The notes: generated from the letters alone by a model not told the origin. A DNA stretch of 64,000 nt from an uncultured Lachnospiraceae bacterium (GCA_964403505.1 CAYOFP010000004.1:33978-97977); one strand, 5' to 3'; positions 37,611 through 46,199 are shown, numbered from the stretch's first letter. Numbers and translations are program-made.

Positions 37611-38720
37611 TTACTGTTGTGCGTTCTGCTTCAGATAAGCGTTAATAAATCCGTCGATTTCGCCGTCCATTACCGCCTGTATATTTCCGTCCTCGTATCC
37701 TGTGCGTGTATCCTTTGCAAGAATATACGGCATGAATACATAGGAACGTATCTGTGCACCCCACTCGATATTTGTCTTTACGCCCTGAATATCCTCGATC
37801 CTCTCGAGCTTTTCACGTGCCTTTATCTCCATGAGCTTGCTTTTCAGCATTCTCATAGCCGTTTCTTTATTCTGGAGCTGACTGCGCTCTGTCTGACAGC
37901 CAACGACAATGCCTGTCGGTATATGCAGTATTCTTATCGCCGAGTCGGTCTTATTGATATGCTGACCGCCTGCACCACTCGAGCGGTGAGCCGTCACCTC
38001 GATATCCTCTGCCCTTATCTCAATAGAGCCGTCGTCCTCAAATTCCGGCATTACCTCTACCGAGGCAAAGGACGTATGGCGTCTGCCCGAAGCGTCAAAA
38101 GGCGATACACGGACAAGGCGGTGTACGCCGTTCTCACTTTTGAGATATCCGTAAGCGTTCTCTCCCTCGATGGTGATCGTCGCACTTTTGAGTCCTGCCT
38201 CATCGCCGTCCAGCCAGTCAATGAGCTTTACAGTGTAGCCGTGCTTCTCAGCCCAGCGGGTATACATACGGTAGAGCATCTGCGCCCAGTCCTGCGCCTC
38301 TGTGCCGCCCGCACCGGGGTGGAAGGAAAGGATAGCGTTATTACTGTCGTATTCGCCCGAGAGAAGCACCTCGATACGCTGTTTCTCCTCCTCGGCCTCA
38401 ATACCCTTTACCTCGGCACACACCTCATCGGTCAGCGACTCATCGTCTTCCTCGATCGCCATTTCGCACAGCACCTGTGCATCCTCGAGACGGGAGCAAA
38501 GCGCATCATAACGCTGTAATTTACCCTTTAACGATTTTATCTTCTGCAAAATCGGACCGCTTTTCTCCTGGTTCGACCAGAACGCCGGGTCTGAGGTCTG
38601 CTCCTCGAGCTCTGCGACCTCTTTCCTCACGCTGTCGACACGCAGTGCGTTACCGAGTTCTTTTATATCATCTTCAATAGAAGCGAGATTTCTTTTCGCC
38701 TCTTCCAGTGCTATTATCAA
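37611..38720 (-). CDS. prfB: peptide chain release factor 2 (no programmed frameshift; TTG start)
   Basis: SPF motif (RVSPFDASGRRHTSFASV) and GGQ motif (SGAGGQHINKTDSA). The ORF is continuous through the region where the +1 frameshift site occurs in other species. Confidence 0.95.
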   Translation of the reverse strand: MIIALEEAKRNLASIEDDIKELGNALRVDSVRKEVAELEEQTSDPAFWSNQEKSGPILQKIKSLKGKLQRYDALCSRLEDAQVLCEMAIEEDDESLTDEVCAEVKGIEAEEEKQRIEVLLSGEYDSNNAILSFHPGAGGTEAQDWAQMLYRMYTRWAEKHGYTVKLIDWLDGDEAGLKSATITIEGENAYGYLKSENGVHRLVRVSPFDASGRRHTSFASVEVMPEFEDDGSIEIRAEDIEVTAHRSSGAGGQHINKTDSAIRILHIPTGIVVGCQTERSQLQNKETAMRMLKSKLMEIKAREKLERIEDIQGVKTNIEWGAQIRSYVFMPYILAKDTRTGYEDGNIQAVMDGEIDGFINAYLKQNAQQ

Positions 38721-38795
38721 AACGTCCTCCGATTATATATCTTTATATATATTATATCATTAAATACAGACATTGTAAACAAAAATTATATTTTT

Positions 38796-39542
38796 TTACA
38801 TTCCCTTGACGGTATTGCTTACGAATTTTTCAGTTTCTACGCCGAGCTTGTCTAACATATCGCATAAAACATCGCATACGGGATCCTCGGTAAAGAAGTG
38901 CCCCGCCTCAATACAGTTAATGCCCATATCCGCCGTATCTATCATAATATTGTAGCTCGTGTTGCCCGTGACATATGTATCGCATCCTACGGCGACGACA
39001 GAATCGATCAGATCCTTGCCGTCTCCGCCCAGGACTGCTATTTTATGCACCGTATTGCCTCCGACATATCTGAGACCGTCACAGCCGAGGGTATCCTTCA
39101 CAAAAGCCGCAAAACCGCCGAGCGGCATCGGCGGCTCGATATAACCGACACGTGCCATATCGCACAGAGGTACTGCGTCCTTTATGCCGAGCTTTTTTAC
39201 GAGTGCGTCATTCACGCCGCCCTCGAGTGCGTCGAGCCTGGTATGAAAGCTCATCACCGCTATTTTATTCTCGATACATTTTATGATCTTCGGCGTCTGA
39301 AAGCTTGTATATGAAAGGTTCTTTAACTCCCGGAAGATCATCGGATGATGGGTGATGAGCACATCGGCGCCTATCTTGACCGCTCTATCTATCGCCGCCA
39401 TATTCGCATCGAGTGCAACGAGCGCCTTTTTCACTTCCCTGTCGGGCGCAGGCTCTACCATCAGTCCGTCATTATCCCATTCACACGAAAGGGACGGGGG
39501 TATCATCTCATTCAGTTTTTCATATAACTTACGAACCGTCAT
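38796..39542 (-). CDS. Nif3-like dinuclear metal-centre protein
   Basis: 248-aa ORF with VLITHHPMIF and the conserved C-terminal GHFFTE. The usual partner of trmK. Confidence 0.85.
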   Translation of the reverse strand: MTVRKLYEKLNEMIPPSLSCEWDNDGLMVEPAPDREVKKALVALDANMAAIDRAVKIGADVLITHHPMIFRELKNLSYTSFQTPKIIKCIENKIAVMSFHTRLDALEGGVNDALVKKLGIKDAVPLCDMARVGYIEPPMPLGGFAAFVKDTLGCDGLRYVGGNTVHKIAVLGGDGKDLIDSVVAVGCDTYVTGNTSYNIMIDTADMGINCIEAGHFFTEDPVCDVLCDMLDKLGVETEKFVSNTVKGM

Positions 39543-40198
39543 AATAATCCCTCGAGCTCCTTGATTAATTCTTTAATATGCGAGTTATCGCCGCCCGAGC
39601 GTGCGATCCCATCGGCGCTTTTGTTAAATGCGGCGATGCGGGCTCTCACAAGCGCCTTCACATCCTCGCTTATCACACCGTGCATGCCGATCTGGGCATC
39701 TATCTCGCTATATCGGGTATTCTCGCCGACATACTTTGCGCAAATGACCTGATATAACCTGTCCGAGCATACTGGCTCGTCATATGTTATCTCATATCCG
39801 TTATCCCAGAGATATTTTCGCAGACACTCCTGTTTTGTCATGGGCTGTAATATCAACTTAGCGGCACGTTTGGGACGGTCTGTCGCATGCAGGATATCGG
39901 CGATCAGCTCTCCGCCCATACCGGCGATGATGATATTGTCGCACACGTCAAAAGCCTCGCTTTCCAGTCCCGGTGTGCATATGACGTCTATCTGATCCGC
40001 CACACCGCAAAGCATGACATTCCGCCTCGCCCGCAGTACCGGCCCCTCGTTGATATCCGAGGCAACGCAGCGAGCGCATTTTCCGTTTTGTATCAGCCAT
40101 ATCGGTATGTATGCGTGGTCTGTACCTATATCCGCAACGCACGAGGCGTCATCCACAAAAGAAGCACATACCGAAAGGCGTTTATCGAGTTTAACCAT
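39539..40198 (-). CDS. trmK: tRNA (adenine22-N1)-methyltransferase
   Basis: 219-aa ORF with DIGTDHAYIPIWL and IIAGMGGELI. 4-nt overlap with the Nif3 gene. Confidence 0.85.
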   Translation of the reverse strand: MVKLDKRLSVCASFVDDASCVADIGTDHAYIPIWLIQNGKCARCVASDINEGPVLRARRNVMLCGVADQIDVICTPGLESEAFDVCDNIIIAGMGGELIADILHATDRPKRAAKLILQPMTKQECLRKYLWDNGYEITYDEPVCSDRLYQVICAKYVGENTRYSEIDAQIGMHGVISEDVKALVRARIAAFNKSADGIARSGGDNSHIKELIKELEGLL

Positions 40199-40231
40199 TT
40201 TTTTGAGAAAAGACGGAGAATCCTCCGCCTT

Positions 40232-40429
40232 TTATTTTGAAAGATATTCGTTCAGCTTATTTACAAGCTCGTCGGCATCCGTACCGTGAACCATGCAAGC
40301 CGCCTCAATGCTCTCGCCTCTTGCCGAAGGGCATCCGAGACAATGCATCCCTATCTCAAAGAAAAACTCTGCCGTTCCTGCGTCAAAATCAAGTACATCG
40401 CCGATGATAGACTCTTTTGTTACTGTCAT
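40232..40429 (-). CDS. DUF1858 / hybrid-cluster-associated redox disulfide protein
   Basis: MTVTKESIIGDVL...GMHCLGCPSARGESIEAAC... (65 aa). The ATG at 40427-40429 is preceded by AGGAGGA. The longer track ORF runs into repeat C1. Confidence 0.75.
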   Translation of the reverse strand: MTVTKESIIGDVLDFDAGTAEFFFEIGMHCLGCPSARGESIEAACMVHGTDADELVNKLNEYLSK

Positions 40430-40456
40430 AATTTTTATTCCTCCTGTATTATCTTG

Positions 40457-40616
40457 GGCAACACCGCATAGTTCTGACGGTGCAATTGCGCCGACAGATT
40501 TTTCGTCAGACAAAACAAATTGAGGAGGCAAGAGTAGAGCCTCTGCCGACGAAATTTGTGAAGTATGACGAAAAATATGCAAGCAAGTGTGCCGCCGTGA
40601 ATTATGCGGCATTGCC
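40457..40616 (+). repeat. family C foldback repeat, copy C1 (MITE-like, ~160 nt)
   Basis: GGCAACACCGC-ATAGTTC-TGACGGTGCAATTGCGCCGACAG...GTGTGCCGCCGTG-AATTATG-CGGCATTGCC. Terminal inverted repeats and an internal long stem (ATTTTTCGTCAGAC.../...GTATGACGAAAAAT). Confidence 0.85.
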
Positions 40617-40717
40617 CATTTACTAATTATATATTATTATCACGCAAAAGTCAACTTTTATACTTGAAGGAATTATATATACATGATATAATTATAAAAA
40701 AAGGAGGCATTTTCATA

Positions 40718-41056
40718 ATGGATTGTTTATTTTGCAGTATTATAAAGGGAGATATCCCGTCAACAAAGGTTTATGAGGATGATAAGATACTTGCATTCCG
40801 GGATATCAATCCCCAAGCGCCCGTGCATGTTCTCGTTATCCCCAAAGAGCATATACCGAGTATGGACGGAGTGACCGCAGAGAACAGCGGTATCATCGCA
40901 TATATTTTCGAGAATATCCCGAAAATAGCAAAAGCGGAAGGGCTGACAAACGGATACCGTGTCATATCCAACTGCGGCGAGGACGGCTGTCAGAGCGTAA
41001 AGCATCTGCACTTCCACATCGTAGGCGGAAAGAAATTATCCGAGACCATGGCATGA
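40718..41056 (+). CDS. HIT-family (histidine triad) nucleotide hydrolase
   Basis: MDCLFCSIIKGDIP..., HVLVIPKEH, HLHFHIVGG. The ATG at 40718 is preceded by AAGGAGG. Confidence 0.9.
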   Translation: MDCLFCSIIKGDIPSTKVYEDDKILAFRDINPQAPVHVLVIPKEHIPSMDGVTAENSGIIAYIFENIPKIAKAEGLTNGYRVISNCGEDGCQSVKHLHFHIVGGKKLSETMA

Positions 41057-41083
41057 CAATTATATATTGCATATGTAATAAAT

Positions 41084-41114
41084 AAAATGCGCTCTCTTTC
41101 GAGAGCGCATTTTA
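41084..41114 (+). terminator. intrinsic terminator
   Basis: AAAATGCGCTCTCtttcGAGAGCGCATTTTATTT. Confidence 0.8.
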
Positions 41115-41119
41115 TTTAA

Positions 41120-41280
41120 GGCAATACCGCACAAATCCGACGGTGCAATTGCGCCGACAGATTTTTCGTCAGACAAAACAAATTGAGGAGGCAAGAGTAG
41201 AGTCCTCTGCCGACGAAATTTGTGAAGTATGACGAAAAATGTGCAAGCAAGTGTGCCGTTATGATTTGTGCGGTATTGCC
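41120..41280 (+). repeat. family C foldback repeat, copy C2
   Basis: GGCAATACCGC-ACAAATC-CGACGGTGCAATTGCGCCGACAG...GTGTGCCGTTATGATTTGTGCGGTATTGCC. It is flanked by AA/TT and its core is near-identical to C1 and C3. Confidence 0.85.
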
Positions 41281-41284
41281 TTTA

Positions 41285-42790
41285 TTACTGTTCTTTCTTT
41301 ATTTCTTCGGCGTGAGCCTCATTTATGTCGGGGAAAGCCGAGAGCATAGGCTCTTTGTCGATTTTGCGAAGCCGTCTGTCGACATAGTTCTTCGTTATCT
41401 TCATGACAAGACCGGAAAGCGCCACGACGCCGATCAGGTTAGGAATCATCATAAGTCCGTTGAATGTATCGGAAATATCCCAGGGCAGCTGAACATTTTC
41501 CATAACCGCACTTGCATATATAATGCAAACGAATACAATCTTATATATGATAGCACTCTTTGCGCCGAAAAGATATGACCAGCTGCGTGTTCCGTAATAG
41601 CTCCATCCAAGGCATGTCGAGAAAGCGAAGAGCAGGATCGCAATAGCAACAAACTTACCGCCGATAGGTCCGAATACGCCCGAGAACGCCTGCGCTACAA
41701 ATACACTTGATTCGTGCTCTGTCAACAGTGCGCCTGTCTCCAGGTCGATGAATCCGGATGACAGAATAACGACAGCCGTAAGCGTACAGATGATGATGGT
41801 ATCAAAGAATACCTCGAATATACCCCAAAGACCCTGCTTTACAGGCTCTTTTACGTTCGACGCAGAGTGAACCATGACCGATGAGCCGAGACCTGCTTCG
41901 TTCGAGAAGATACCGCGCTTGAAGCCCATCTTTATCGCAATACCTAAAGCACCGCCGCAAACAGCACTGGGAGTAAATGCGAATTTGAATATCGATGCAA
42001 ACATCGCTCCTACAGATGTAATGTGCGAGAAGAAAATAACCAGCGCACCGATCACATATACGACACACATGAAAGGAACGAGCTTTTCGGCAACCGATGC
42101 AATACGCTTGATGCCGCCGATAACAACGAGTGCCGCTATAACAACGAGGACGATACCCGTGATCCGTGTAGCAACGCCAAACTCGCTCAAGAGGTTCTTA
42201 GATATCGTATTGATCTGTGCAAGGTTTCCGATACCAAAGGAAGCGATAAGAGCAAATACCGAGAAAAGTATTGCGAGAACTCTGCCGATCACCTTGCACC
42301 CCTTCATACCGCCGAGGCCGTCTTGGAGATAATACATAGCGCCGCCTGCCCATTCACCGTTCTCATCCTTGCGACGGAAGAAAATACCGAGCACGTTTTC
42401 GGAGAAGTTGGTCATCATACCGAAGAAGGCAGATACCCACATCCAGAATACCGCACCGGGACCGCCTGCCGCAATAGCTCCGGCAACACCTACGATATTA
42501 CCTGTGCCTACCGTCGCCGCAAGAGCCGTACAAAGCGCCTGGAACTGAGAGATCGACGCCTTATCCTTTGTGTGTCTGGAAACGTCCTTATGAAATACGC
42601 TTCCTATCGTCTGTTTCATCCAATGTCCGAAATGCGATACCTGGAAGAATTTTGTGAGTACAGTCATAAGTATGCCTGTTCCGAGGAGTATCGCAATACC
42701 GAACCAGCCCCAGATAAAGCCGTTCAGATCCCCTGCGATCCACTCGAGAACGCTCATTACGCGCTCACCGATTGTTTTGAGAAAATCCAT
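41285..42790 (-). CDS. alanine/glycine:cation symporter (AGCS family)
   Basis: 501-aa polytopic ORF. The sequence style is typical of sodium:alanine symporters (GPGAVFWMWVSAFFGM, FSNEAGLGS). Confidence 0.9.
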   Translation of the reverse strand: MDFLKTIGERVMSVLEWIAGDLNGFIWGWFGIAILLGTGILMTVLTKFFQVSHFGHWMKQTIGSVFHKDVSRHTKDKASISQFQALCTALAATVGTGNIVGVAGAIAAGGPGAVFWMWVSAFFGMMTNFSENVLGIFFRRKDENGEWAGGAMYYLQDGLGGMKGCKVIGRVLAILFSVFALIASFGIGNLAQINTISKNLLSEFGVATRITGIVLVVIAALVVIGGIKRIASVAEKLVPFMCVVYVIGALVIFFSHITSVGAMFASIFKFAFTPSAVCGGALGIAIKMGFKRGIFSNEAGLGSSVMVHSASNVKEPVKQGLWGIFEVFFDTIIICTLTAVVILSSGFIDLETGALLTEHESSVFVAQAFSGVFGPIGGKFVAIAILLFAFSTCLGWSYYGTRSWSYLFGAKSAIIYKIVFVCIIYASAVMENVQLPWDISDTFNGLMMIPNLIGVVALSGLVMKITKNYVDRRLRKIDKEPMLSAFPDINEAHAEEIKKEQ

Positions 42791-42822
42791 TTGTATATTT
42801 CCTTTCTAAAATTATTTTTTAA

Positions 42823-42983
42823 GGCAATACCGCCGGGCTCTGGCGGTGCAATTGGGCCGACAGATTTTTCGTCAGACAAAACAAATTGAGGAGGCAAGAG
42901 TAGAGTCCTCTGCCGACGAAATTTGTGAAGTATGACGGAAAATATGCGTTTCAAGTGTGCCGTCAAAGCCCGGCGGTGTTGCC
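42823..42983 (+). repeat. family C foldback repeat, copy C3 (inside the symporter 5' leader)
   Basis: GGCAATACCGC-CGGGCTC-TGGCGGTGCAATTGGGCCGACAG...GTGTGCCGTCAAAGCCCGGCGGTGTTGCC. It lies 32 nt upstream of the symporter ATG and 4 nt downstream of the riboswitch terminator U-run. Confidence 0.85.
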
Positions 42984-42987
42984 TTGT

Positions 42988-43016
42988 AAAAAAAGACCAT
43001 CCGAAAAGAACAGTCC
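42988..43016 (-). terminator. candidate riboswitch expression-platform terminator
   Basis: Minus-strand sense GGACTGTTCttttCGGATGGTC followed by T7. The stem is imperfect (G-U pairs). The upstream CTGTTCTTTT can alternatively pair with the aptamer's AAAAGGACAG. Confidence 0.4.
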
Positions 43017-43049
43017 AAAAGGCATAATGCGTCCATTGCATTATCAATT

Positions 43050-43195
43050 TGCTCTGTCCTTTTGCCTGAGAGATTAGTTTCCACTTGCACCTTCGGCACT
43101 CGTCTGCACGAGCTTCTCCAGAGTTCCGTCAATCCACAGTCCCTTTTACCTGAAAGTTTCGCTTCTTCGGCGGGCTGTCCCTTTTCCTGCAGATA
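43050..43195 (-). promoter_or_regulatory. tandem glycine riboswitch
   Basis: The second aptamer on the minus strand reads CTCTGGAGAAGC...GTGCCGAAGGTGCAAG...AAACTAATCTCTCAGGCAAAAGGACAGAG, which closely matches the consensus as I remember it from the V. cholerae/B. subtilis aptamers. The first aptamer reads GGAAAAGGGACAGCCCGCCGAAGAAGCGAAACTTTCAGGTAAAAGGGACTG. It is upstream of an AGCS symporter, a classic glycine-riboswitch target. Confidence 0.8.
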
Positions 43196-43219
43196 TCATA
43201 CGGTATTCAACTAATGAAT

Positions 43220-43248
43220 ATATTACCATATTATTCATCCAAATGCAA
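43220..43248 (-). promoter_or_regulatory. sigma-A-type promoter for the riboswitch/symporter transcript
   Basis: On the minus strand: TTGCAT (43243-43248), a 17-nt spacer, then TAATAT (43220-43225). Confidence 0.55.
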
Positions 43249-43326
43249 CATATTTTGCAAAAAAATTTTCAGTTTTGGCTTTACTTTTTCATATTTTTGG
43301 TATATTATATAATGAAATATATTCGA

Positions 43327-43386
43327 GACAACACCGCACGATTCATGACAGCGCAATTGCACCGTCAGAATTATGCAGTATTGCCT
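43327..43386 (-). repeat. family C repeat, minimal 60-nt hairpin copy (C4)
   Basis: GACAACACCGCACGATTCATGACAGCGCAATTGCACCGTCAGAATTATGCAGTATTGCC. Its reverse complement matches the left ~45 nt of C1-C3. It is a palindrome centred on GCAATTGC and lacks the internal core. Confidence 0.65.
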
Positions 43387-43408
43387 CAAGAGTGACTAGG
43401 AGCATACC

Positions 43409-44869
43409 ATGAACAGCGCATATTCCGTCAGAGAGAATTTCACCCTGCTGTGTGATTTTTACGAGCTGACAATGGCAAACGGATATTTCCAGACCCCCGT
43501 TAAGGACAAAATAACATATTTCGACGTGTTTTACCGTAAGGTACCGGACAACGGCGGTTTTTCAATTTGCTGCGGTCTCGAGCAGGTCGTCGAATATATT
43601 GAAAACCTGCATTTTACCGCAGACGACGTTGAGTTCCTGCGCTCAAAAGGTATTTTTAACGAGGAGTTTTTATCATATCTGAGAGGCTTTCATTTCACGG
43701 GCGATATTTATGCGATTCCCGAGGGAACGCCGATCTTCCCGGGCGAACCGATATTAACGGTCAAAGCTCCTGCCATGGAAGCACAGTTTATCGAGACTTT
43801 CATACTTTTAACTCTTAACCATCAGTCACTCATTGCAACAAAGGCAAACAGGATCGTCCGTGCGGCGGACGGCAGACCCATCTCCGAATTCGGCTCACGT
43901 CGTGCCCAGGGCGTCGAGGGCGCCGTGCTCGGCGCACGTGCCGCTTTTATCGGCGGTTGCGCAGGTACGGCATGCACGATATCCGAGCTTCGCTACGGCG
44001 TACCGGCAGGCGGTACTATGGCTCATTCGTGGGTGCAGATGTTTGACTCGGAATACGAGGCTTTCGAGACGTACTGTAAGCTGTATCCGACAAACGCCAT
44101 ACTCCTGATCGACACGTATAACGTCCTTAATTCCGGCCTGCCCAATGCGATAAAGGCATTCAAAAATGTGCTGTGGCCAATGGGAATCAAGAAATGCGGC
44201 ATCCGAATCGATTCAGGCGATATAACATATTTAACAAAGCGGGTAAGAAAAAAGCTCGACGAAGAGGGTCTTACCGACTGCAAGATCGTCATATCAAACT
44301 CTCTCGACGAGTATATCATCCGTGATCTGCTCATGCAGGGCGCACAGATCGACTCATTCGGCGTAGGCGAGCGCCTTATCACCTCAAAAAGCGAACCCGT
44401 ATTCGGCGGAGTCTACAAGCTCGCTGCGGTCGAGGACGATAACGGAAACATTATCCCCAAAATCAAGGTATCGGAAAATGCCGCAAAGATAACAAATCCG
44501 CATTTCAAGAAGGTCTACCGCATATTTGACAACGAAACGGGCAAAGCGGAGGCAGACCTGATATGCGTGCACGACGAGGAGATCGACGAGTCAAAGCCGC
44601 TCACGATTTTTGACCCCGACTATACATGGAAGGAAAAGACGATCGAGAATTTCCATGCAGTTCCCCTGCAGAAAACGATATTCAAAAACGGCGTCCGTGT
44701 ATACGAGCTCCCGTCGACCAAAGAGATAAAGGACTACTGCGCCGAGCAGGTAGGCACTCTCTGGGACGAGGTCACCCGATTTGAAAACCCGCATAATTAT
44801 TATGTCGACCTCTCGCAAAAGCTGTGGGATATCAAGCACGAGCTTCTGCGCAAGGCAGGAAAGAAATAA
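43409..44869 (+). CDS. pncB: nicotinate phosphoribosyltransferase
   Basis: 486-aa ORF with FGSRRAQG and GGTMAHSWVQMF, typical of the NAPRTase family. Confidence 0.9.
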   Translation: MNSAYSVRENFTLLCDFYELTMANGYFQTPVKDKITYFDVFYRKVPDNGGFSICCGLEQVVEYIENLHFTADDVEFLRSKGIFNEEFLSYLRGFHFTGDIYAIPEGTPIFPGEPILTVKAPAMEAQFIETFILLTLNHQSLIATKANRIVRAADGRPISEFGSRRAQGVEGAVLGARAAFIGGCAGTACTISELRYGVPAGGTMAHSWVQMFDSEYEAFETYCKLYPTNAILLIDTYNVLNSGLPNAIKAFKNVLWPMGIKKCGIRIDSGDITYLTKRVRKKLDEEGLTDCKIVISNSLDEYIIRDLLMQGAQIDSFGVGERLITSKSEPVFGGVYKLAAVEDDNGNIIPKIKVSENAAKITNPHFKKVYRIFDNETGKAEADLICVHDEEIDESKPLTIFDPDYTWKEKTIENFHAVPLQKTIFKNGVRVYELPSTKEIKDYCAEQVGTLWDEVTRFENPHNYYVDLSQKLWDIKHELLRKAGKK

Positions 44870-44871
44870 GA

Positions 44872-45073
44872 CGCTGTAAAAAAACGAAAGTTTTTTACAG
44901 CGCCTCAGAGAAAAACGAAGAGAGAAAAGTGAAAAGAATTGGTAGAAAAAGCCACTTATGTGTCTTTTTCAATATAATTTGCTTCGCATAAGCGAAGCTT
45001 ACCGATTCTCTTCTCTTTTCTCTCTTATCTTTTCGTTGGTGATGTAAAAAAACAAAAGTTTTTTTACATCACC
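44872..45073. repeat. family A nested-palindrome repeat, copy A3 (fills the convergent pncB/rpiB intergenic region)
   Basis: The layout is: flanking hairpin CGCTGTAAAAAAcgaaagTTTTTTACAGCG, arm AAGAGAGAAAAGTGAAAAGAATTGGTA, central hairpin GCTTCGCataaGCGAAGC, arm TACCGATTCTCTTCTCTTTTCTCTCTT, and flanking hairpin GGTGATGTAAAAAAAcaaaagTTTTTTTACATCACC. Confidence 0.8.
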
Positions 45074-45078
45074 TTTTC

Positions 45079-45522
45079 TTATTCATCAAAGCTGTTTACC
45101 ATATCGACTCTCGCCTGGTGTCTGCCGCCCTCATACTCGGTATCGAGAAAGAGGTCGACCATATCGAGTGCGAGTCCCATGCCGACTACCCTGCCGCCCA
45201 TACAAAGGACGTTTGCATCGTTATGCATACGGGTAAAGCGTGCGGAAAATGTGTCGGAGCAGCATGCGGCACGTATGCCCTTATGTTTATTTGCCGCCAT
45301 GCTCATGCCGATGCCCGTTCCGCATACCAAAATGCCACGGTAACACTCGCCCGTCTGTATCTTCTCGCACAGCTTATGCGCATACTCTGGGTAATCGCAC
45401 GATGCCGTGGAGTTCGTGCCGACGTCAATAAATTTTACGCCTTTGCCTGTCAGATGCGCCTTAATCTGTTCCTTTAATTCGTAGCCTCCGTGATCGGAGC
45501 CGATAACAAGTATTCTATTCAT
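45079..45522 (-). CDS. rpiB: ribose-5-phosphate isomerase B
   Basis: 147-aa ORF with GSDHGGYELK and GILVCGTGIGMSMAANK. Confidence 0.9.
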   Translation of the reverse strand: MNRILVIGSDHGGYELKEQIKAHLTGKGVKFIDVGTNSTASCDYPEYAHKLCEKIQTGECYRGILVCGTGIGMSMAANKHKGIRAACCSDTFSARFTRMHNDANVLCMGGRVVGMGLALDMVDLFLDTEYEGGRHQARVDMVNSFDE

Positions 45523-46199
45523 AGTTTACCTTTCTCTCTTTCAAGGCGCTCCCTCTCCGCCTGGGACGGTCTCAGATACTCGGGGGCAAGTGCCCTGTCG
45601 CTTGTGTCGTTTTGTTGATCATATATTTTAAGCATGGCAAGGGCCACTCCGTGACCGCTCACGCTTATTTCCTCATTTTCTGCGGTGTTTTCGCCGTATG
45701 CCGTCAAAAGGGCATCCCTGCCGTCTCCGCATACAAATACAGGCCCGCCGTATTTTTTTAGCTCCTCCGCAATATCCGCATAGGATATCAGCCGGTCCTC
45801 ACACAGGCGCTCTCCGTCACGGAACAAAGCGTTATAAGCATTTCCCCGTCTTGCATCGATCACGGGACAAACGATACATCCCTGCAGATCCGTACAGTAT
45901 GCGAGAGAGGCGACGCTCGACACCCCGACGCACGGCTTGTCCTTTGCAAAGGCAAGACCCTTCACAAGCGAGGTAGCGATCCGCACTCCCGTAAAAGAGC
46001 CGGGACCTACCGCACAGGCAAATACATCCACATTGTCGAGGGTAAGCCCTGCGCCCTTCAGCGTCTTATCTACCAACGGAAGCAGAGTCTCGCTGTGTGT
46101 GCGCTCCCCTGCCGTTTTGTTTTCGCACAAGAGCCGTTCCCCGTCGCATACTGCGACAGCACCGGTCTTTGCGCTTGCGTCAAGTGCGAGTATTATCAT
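45519..46199 (-). CDS. tsaB: tRNA t6A biosynthesis protein TsaB
   Basis: 226-aa ORF with ILALDASAKTGAVAV and GPGSFTGVRI. Overlaps tsaE and rpiB by 4 nt each. Confidence 0.85.
   Translation of the reverse strand: MIILALDASAKTGAVAVCDGERLLCENKTAGERTHSETLLPLVDKTLKGAGLTLDNVDVFACAVGPGSFTGVRIATSLVKGLAFAKDKPCVGVSSVASLAYCTDLQGCIVCPVIDARRGNAYNALFRDGERLCEDRLISYADIAEELKKYGGPVFVCGDGRDALLTAYGENTAENEEISVSGHGVALAMLKIYDQQNDTSDRALAPEYLRPSQAERERLEREKGKL

Noticed and set aside
38560-38720. Programmed +1 frameshift site expected in prfB
   Set aside because: The codons around the expected position read GGT AAC GCA CTG CGT GTC GAC, with no in-frame UGA. The ORF is continuous from a TTG start with a GGAGGA RBS. 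This RF2 is simply encoded without autoregulatory frameshifting.
40430-43132. ORFs encoding repeated peptides such as LLPPQFVLSDEKSVG and DGAIAPTDFSSDKTN (for example the 40232-40612 extension, 40293-40523, 42757-43047, and the tail of 42023-42889)
   Set aside because: The similarity comes from translating the family C DNA repeat in several frames and on both strands. There is no RBS and no consistent frame, and the elements have inverted-repeat architecture. They are non-coding repeats.
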